Source: a virus
DNA: 64,000 nt
IMG/VR virus record: IMGVR_UViG_3300009149_000011
Coordinates: 32,001 to 96,000 of that record
Reading direction: 5' to 3' (one strand)
Made by a program: the position numbers and the translations under genes. The notes beneath the pieces were generated by a model, which ran no database searches, was not told the DNA's origin, and saw nothing but the letters and a program-made list of their open reading frames with translations. Below are positions 58,972 through 64,000 of this stretch, piece after piece (the stretch's first letter is position 1; every line of letters begins with the position of its first letter).

Positions 58972-59267
58972 CTTTTTCTACCAGTTTCTTTCATGCTTTT
59001 CTCAATTATTGTCTTAGCTTTTATGTTTCTCCTAAATACAGGATCTGCATAAAATCTACGCAAATTAATAATCCCTATTATCAAAAACAGAGATAACAAT
59101 ATAACAGCCGTCCAAACCAATCTCATATATTCATTTGGAACATAGTGTTGCGGGTTGTTATAATAATATACCCTAAGAGCAATTAGTAGTGAGGCAAATA
59201 TGCCTAATAAAATATAAGTTTGTTTACTCTTTGCTATTTGAACTATAGCTTTCCTTGTTGCTTTCAT
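58968..59267 (-). CDS. membrane protein
   Basis: Two TM segments. Confidence 0.6.
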   Translation of the reverse strand: MKATRKAIVQIAKSKQTYILLGIFASLLIALRVYYYNNPQHYVPNEYMRLVWTAVILLSLFLIIGIINLRRFYADPVFRRNIKAKTIIEKSMKETGRKR

Positions 59268-59269
59268 TT

Positions 59270-59905
59270 TTAATTCTTTAATTTATTCATTGCTTCATCC
59301 CTTAATGGGAGATACTTTTTTATTTTCTCTTTTGTAAAGACTCCTTTATCCAATAACATCTTTTCCCATAATTCATTTGATGCTTGGAAATTTACTATTT
59401 TTTGATGTTCTTTTATTTGAAGCCCTAACTCCAATATTCTAAGGGTGTGGAATATGCCTTTCTCAGCTTGCTCATAGTTCTCGTAACTAGACGCTTTAGA
59501 AGCTATATGCCACGAAGATGAGGCTTTGGTTATAATTGCCTTAATCATTTGCTTCTCTTCGTATTTTCGCACCTTAAAAGGCCATTTATTCTTTATAACC
59601 TTTTCATCTGGCAAAGATAAACATTCCCAAGCTGCAATTTCATAGTTATTAATTGCATCTATAAAACCTCCCCTTGAATAACACACTCCTTGTATACTGC
59701 CATCTTCTGATGATATAGCATTATTTTTAAACCCTGCTCTACCATCCCTGGACTTGATCATAGAACTTTTAAATACTATAATGAAATCATCATCCGAGAA
59801 CTCATCATCGGTCCCGTACACTCTAGATCCATAAGGGTAGATATTTACGACCTCCTCTTCATTGATACCTAAAGCGTCACAAATGCTCTTAGCGTTTAAT
59901 TCCAT
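59270..59905 (-). CDS. Pol-beta-like nucleotidyltransferase
   Basis: YGSRVYGT..SDDD. Confidence 0.75.
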   Translation of the reverse strand: MELNAKSICDALGINEEEVVNIYPYGSRVYGTDDEFSDDDFIIVFKSSMIKSRDGRAGFKNNAISSEDGSIQGVCYSRGGFIDAINNYEIAAWECLSLPDEKVIKNKWPFKVRKYEEKQMIKAIITKASSSWHIASKASSYENYEQAEKGIFHTLRILELGLQIKEHQKIVNFQASNELWEKMLLDKGVFTKEKIKKYLPLRDEAMNKLKN

Positions 59906-59968
59906 ATCGCAAATATATGACTTATTATTATAAAATACAAATGACGCCCTTTTGAGGCGTCATTTTTA

Positions 59969-60898
59969 TTAAGCGGAAACTAGACCATTTTCTTTTGTTA
60001 ATCTATCAACTAATTGCATTACTGCTATAGTTACTTCCATTTCTGAAGTTGCTCCTGAATTTTGAACCTCTTTGACACCTGCGTTGAATTGTGCTTTGAA
60101 CGTTTGGTAATTTGCGTGGTTCTTATTTAGTGTAGAAACAAACCCTTGAACTACATTGTTAACCGCATCCATTACTGTTTTAGTTACAGCTCTTGAAGAC
60201 CACTCATCTTCAGTAAAGAAAACCATAGAGTCGGTAGAAAATTCATAATACAATTTGATTTTAGTATCTCCTTTTCTGTTTTTTGTCCAAGTAAGAGTTC
60301 TCTCATCTTTAGCTTGATCAAAATCCATGTGCATGTGAGCATCAAACATGTGCTTGATTGTATTCTTGCCTTCGAAAGAACCATCTTTGTTAACGTGACC
60401 GATAACGAATAAGATAGCATTATTTTTACTAGTCCAATCTCTTAAGTCAGCAATAAGGTTCCATAAATCATCAGCAGCGCTCTCTCCGTTACAATCTTCT
60501 TGCAATAACACTTGCAAAGAATCTATTATAACTATTTTTGGCTTAGAGATATCGATTGCTTTGATGAACTCTCCAACATTTGCACAATCATCCTTATCAG
60601 CTATAAGAGCGTTTCTGTGGTCAATTCCGAATCTCTCAGTTTGCTCCTTAACATCACACGCTGGCATTTCACGAGAATAAAGTGCAGACACTTCATTTTT
60701 AAACAATTTCTGTAAAAAGATTGCAAAAGAAGTTTTCCCTGCTCCAGAAGTTCCTGTAAAGAAAACAGCTGAACCTATAACAAATCCATTCTTGTTAGAA
60801 GCAAAGTTGTCAATTCTACTTTCCCCTACAAGCATTGTTGGAGTGTTTCTAGTTTCTACGTCTACGTATGTTTGTAATGCTGAGTTAGAGTTCGTCAT
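59969..60898 (-). CDS. RadA/Sms-like RecA-family ATPase
   Basis: GTSGAGKT, IIDSLQ, GHVNKDG..G..H..D, KNR. Confidence 0.8.
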   Translation of the reverse strand: MTNSNSALQTYVDVETRNTPTMLVGESRIDNFASNKNGFVIGSAVFFTGTSGAGKTSFAIFLQKLFKNEVSALYSREMPACDVKEQTERFGIDHRNALIADKDDCANVGEFIKAIDISKPKIVIIDSLQVLLQEDCNGESAADDLWNLIADLRDWTSKNNAILFVIGHVNKDGSFEGKNTIKHMFDAHMHMDFDQAKDERTLTWTKNRKGDTKIKLYYEFSTDSMVFFTEDEWSSRAVTKTVMDAVNNVVQGFVSTLNKNHANYQTFKAQFNAGVKEVQNSGATSEMEVTIAVMQLVDRLTKENGLVSA

Positions 60899-60979
60899 AG
60901 TTGTATAGTTTGTGTTATACTTATCTAACGAACAAATTTGCTAAATGTTTCCATTTTGGAAACTTTTTTACAATAAACT

Positions 60980-62395
60980 TTAAATATTGGACACTAGAGC
61001 CTTAGCAACGCTATAATCTTTAAGGACAGTTCTCTTATTTTTATCTGTTTTTATAATCTTTAGAAGATTACAAATTAAAAAGAAGTCTTGAAGATCCTTT
61101 TCTGAATAATCCACCTTAGCTTCTTGAAGCTTTGTTTTTAATTCTTGAAAAGATGGGATCTGATCTCCAGCTGACAATTCTCCTTTATTAAATACGAATT
61201 CTAGAAAGTTTAAATAAATAGATTCTTTATCATTGCTGAAATCTATAACCTCTTTTTCTGATCCAGACTTTAACTCGTTTAACTTTTCTGTAAATTCCTT
61301 ATTTCTTTCTTCTTTTTTTTCGAAAAATTCTTTCACCTTTTCTTTCACGTCCCCATCTTCTCCTAATCCAGAATATACTACATTACCAATTTCTTCAGGC
61401 TCAGGCTCAACCTTATTTTCCCCATTCATATCTAAGTCTACCTTATTTTCATTAGGAAATAACTCAACTTCTTCTAAATTCTCTATTTCATCACTTAAAG
61501 GATTTGGCTCTATCGTATCGTTAAAAGCCTCAATTTCTATCCTAGCTTTAATTCTATCAAATGATCTGTTAGCAGCCAAAAGCAACACTATCGCAAAAGG
61601 ATCAAACACAAGCATAATCACCATTATAAGATAATTAACAATTAGATCCATATTAATTCCAGTAACATTAGAAAGATACAATAAAGGTCCAACTTCTCCA
61701 ACAGCGGAACCATTAGAGACTTCTATTTTCTCTACTTCTAATTTAGTAATTTCATCTCTTATAACTTGAATTGTTGAATCTGACTTAGAAACAGATTTCG
61801 TTAATCTGATTATTTCAGCATTTGATTCATCTATCTGCTTTCTTGTCGCATTTACCGAACTCCACCACCTTCTAGCATAAAGAGAATCTAATCTTACCTC
61901 AAGAGCTCCTCTTTGTTCATTTAGAGTAGTTATTCTTACAGTGCTTGTTTCCTTAGCTCCTTCAAAATTTGTAATGCTTTCATTTTTAGATTCTATCTTC
62001 TTATCTAATAACTCTATCTCCTTATTACTTTTAGAAAGTTGATTAGCTGTGGCCATGTATCCATGGGAAAGAAATCCGTAGATCCCAAAACTAGTAATAG
62101 CCATTACAACTACAACCATAATAGACATAACGATACTTAATGATTTTTGTTTCAATTTATTAAAGAAACCTTTCACGCTCTCTTCAGCCGTTTGTCTATG
62201 TATCCATGTTGTAGCTACGAATTTTCCAGCTTCAATAAGGGACATCAAAATTATCATGGTAATTCCTGCTCCAGGAAAAGTTTTAGCCATACCAGATACG
62301 GACACGTAACCAGCGGCAATCCCTAAACCTAATGCAATGGATAACACCACTATAGGAAAAAAGTAAACTCCAATTTTCTTTAGTAACAACTTCAT
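60980..62395 (-). CDS. membrane coiled-coil protein
   Basis: N-terminal TMs, coil, VFDP TM. Confidence 0.7.
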   Translation of the reverse strand: MKLLLKKIGVYFFPIVVLSIALGLGIAAGYVSVSGMAKTFPGAGITMIILMSLIEAGKFVATTWIHRQTAEESVKGFFNKLKQKSLSIVMSIMVVVVMAITSFGIYGFLSHGYMATANQLSKSNKEIELLDKKIESKNESITNFEGAKETSTVRITTLNEQRGALEVRLDSLYARRWWSSVNATRKQIDESNAEIIRLTKSVSKSDSTIQVIRDEITKLEVEKIEVSNGSAVGEVGPLLYLSNVTGINMDLIVNYLIMVIMLVFDPFAIVLLLAANRSFDRIKARIEIEAFNDTIEPNPLSDEIENLEEVELFPNENKVDLDMNGENKVEPEPEEIGNVVYSGLGEDGDVKEKVKEFFEKKEERNKEFTEKLNELKSGSEKEVIDFSNDKESIYLNFLEFVFNKGELSAGDQIPSFQELKTKLQEAKVDYSEKDLQDFFLICNLLKIIKTDKNKRTVLKDYSVAKALVSNI

Positions 62396-62432
62396 GATAC
62401 AAATTTAATAAATTATAAGAGAAAAATAAAGA

Positions 62433-62906
62433 TTATTTTTCCCCAGGCTTTAACTCAGTATGAGTAAGGTCAACACCTTTCTTTTTCATGAAATCAGACA
62501 CAGTTTTTTTCATCCAGTGCTTTGGTTTTCCCGCTGTCTTTCCTGGGTCTAAATCAGCTAAATGTTTTTTAGTCCAAACGTTAACAGTTCCGTCAGCGTT
62601 TAATTTATCATCAGTGTTATGATACCACTTGTTGTCCTTGTATAGATAAAGAGGATGATTTCTATCATAAGAGAATACAACATACATATCACCAAAGCCT
62701 CCAAGATCCTCTCCAAAAGTATGGCTTCCTACAAAATTTTCTCTGTCCTTTACTTTAACAACAGCATCATCATGTGCCATTCTTTCTTCTTCAAAAGTCT
62801 CTTCTGAGAGACTTTTGTTACTGTTTTCCTTGAAAATTCCGCTTTCTTGAAGGTATTTTTTTAGAATTGAACGTACAATTTTCCTTGTTTCTTCCTTGTT
62901 TTCCAT
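62433..62906 (-). CDS. hypothetical protein
   Basis: ORF. Confidence 0.7.
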   Translation of the reverse strand: MENKEETRKIVRSILKKYLQESGIFKENSNKSLSEETFEEERMAHDDAVVKVKDRENFVGSHTFGEDLGGFGDMYVVFSYDRNHPLYLYKDNKWYHNTDDKLNADGTVNVWTKKHLADLDPGKTAGKPKHWMKKTVSDFMKKKGVDLTHTELKPGEK

Positions 62907-63023
62907 GATTGGGATGCAATTTATTATAAATATCTTGAAAAAAGATCAAAAAATCAATAATTTACATATTTAGATTAGTGTTCGAAAATCGGACACGTAT
63001 ATGTTTCACCAAATAAACTTATT

Positions 63024-63845
63024 ATGGGAACATGGAAAAGGGTAAAGTTAACAACAATTTTTACATTATCGTTTGTGGTAGCAATGTTTGCTTACAACAT
63101 CGATCACATCAACAAAAACAATAGCAAACAAGTTATTGAAATTCACGAAACACACTCCATATCTAGTAGTCCAGATCTCAAAAAAGAAATAGAAGAGATC
63201 AAGATAAAGAACAAAAAATCACTAGATAAAGCAATTCAGCTAAAAAATAAGGAGAATTCAATTTACGTAAGATTCACATCAAAAAACCGAAGGTTAGACA
63301 AAAAACTGGCTCAAGAGTTTCTGAAAGCAGCTAAAGCTTTTGAGCTAGATGTATATGACAGAGATTTGAGCATGTTCATTTCTCAACTGCTTTATGAATC
63401 AAATGGGTACCAATACTATCCTAAAGACCATAAAAGTAAATCTAACCAATTAGTAGTTGGGACATCTGGAGAAATAGGGATTGGTCAAATAATGCCAAGA
63501 ACGGCTCACTTCCTGATGAAGAGACATATGCCTATAGATGTTCGTAAAAAGATGCTTTTAGCTGGAGCTGATAATTTTGACCACTTAAGTAATCAAAAAG
63601 ATTATACAGATAAAACAAAGACTCAAATGATTAAATGGCTTTCTAATAGGGAAAATAATTTAGCTATGTGGTCTTATGTGGTAACATATTATACTAAAGC
63701 TAATCAGGGAAACTTGACTCGCGGACTTGTTGCCTATAATAGAGGTCAGGGAGGGTTAAATAAATATGTGAGAAATGGAGGAATCCCTTCTCAATATATA
63801 TATTATAAAGCAATCAAAAAAATTCATAAAGAAATATCTATATAA
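63024..63845 (+). CDS. SLT-type lytic transglycosylase with N-terminal anchor
   Basis: YES, GIGQIMP, AYNRG. Confidence 0.75.
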   Translation: MGTWKRVKLTTIFTLSFVVAMFAYNIDHINKNNSKQVIEIHETHSISSSPDLKKEIEEIKIKNKKSLDKAIQLKNKENSIYVRFTSKNRRLDKKLAQEFLKAAKAFELDVYDRDLSMFISQLLYESNGYQYYPKDHKSKSNQLVVGTSGEIGIGQIMPRTAHFLMKRHMPIDVRKKMLLAGADNFDHLSNQKDYTDKTKTQMIKWLSNRENNLAMWSYVVTYYTKANQGNLTRGLVAYNRGQGGLNKYVRNGGIPSQYIYYKAIKKIHKEISI

Positions 63846-63879
63846 CTTATTCTAATACGTGAATAACAAATTAATAAAT

Positions 63880-63912
63880 AAAAAAGGGATGCTTATAAAG
63901 CATCCCTTTTTT
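63880..63912. terminator. bidirectional terminator
   Basis: A6-GGGATGC-TTATAAA-GCATCCC-T6 between convergent genes. Confidence 0.8.
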
Positions 63913-63934
63913 GTTTGTGTGTTTTTCACCAGTC

Positions 63935-64000
63935 TTAGAATGGCAAATCGTCGTCCTCACTTTGAGTCCAGTCAGCTGATGCAGTAGCTGCAGGTTGTGC
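63935..64000 (-). CDS. 3' end of a probable ssDNA-binding protein
   Basis: C-terminus ..DWTQSEDDDLPF*. Confidence 0.6.
   Translation of the reverse strand, partial: AQPAATASADWTQSEDDDLPF

Noticed and set aside
1-64000. Genome-wide TAG recoding (code 15)
   Set aside because: Long genes are intact under code 11 and several end cleanly at TAG (e.g. 4351, 11909, 15598). Only isolated genes are amber-interrupted.

Overview
AT-rich fragment of a large (jumbo-type) dsDNA phage, almost entirely encoded on the minus strand. A Bacteroidota host is likely: there is a T9SS-CTD-like protein, a tmRNA tag beginning 'GE', and TAnnTTTG-like promoter boxes. The window is dominated by translation-support functions: about 20 tRNA genes plus several aberrant tRNA-like RNAs, a permuted two-piece tmRNA, two amber-suppressor tRNAs, IF3, a CCA-adding enzyme, an ArfA-like rescue factor and a Pth2-like hydrolase interrupted by TAG. 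It also carries an ABC-transporter operon, HNH nucleases, ClpC, PrsW/CPBP proteases and nucleotide enzymes. Main observation: the two large tRNA arrays are each preceded by a leader peptide, an antiterminator and an intrinsic terminator, and the leader codons match the anticodons of the tRNAs downstream (Ala/Asn/Tyr/Pro/Asp; Ser/Arg/Trp/Met). This looks like ribosome-stalling attenuation that turns on phage tRNA operons when the matching tRNAs are depleted. All calls were made by eye without database searches.
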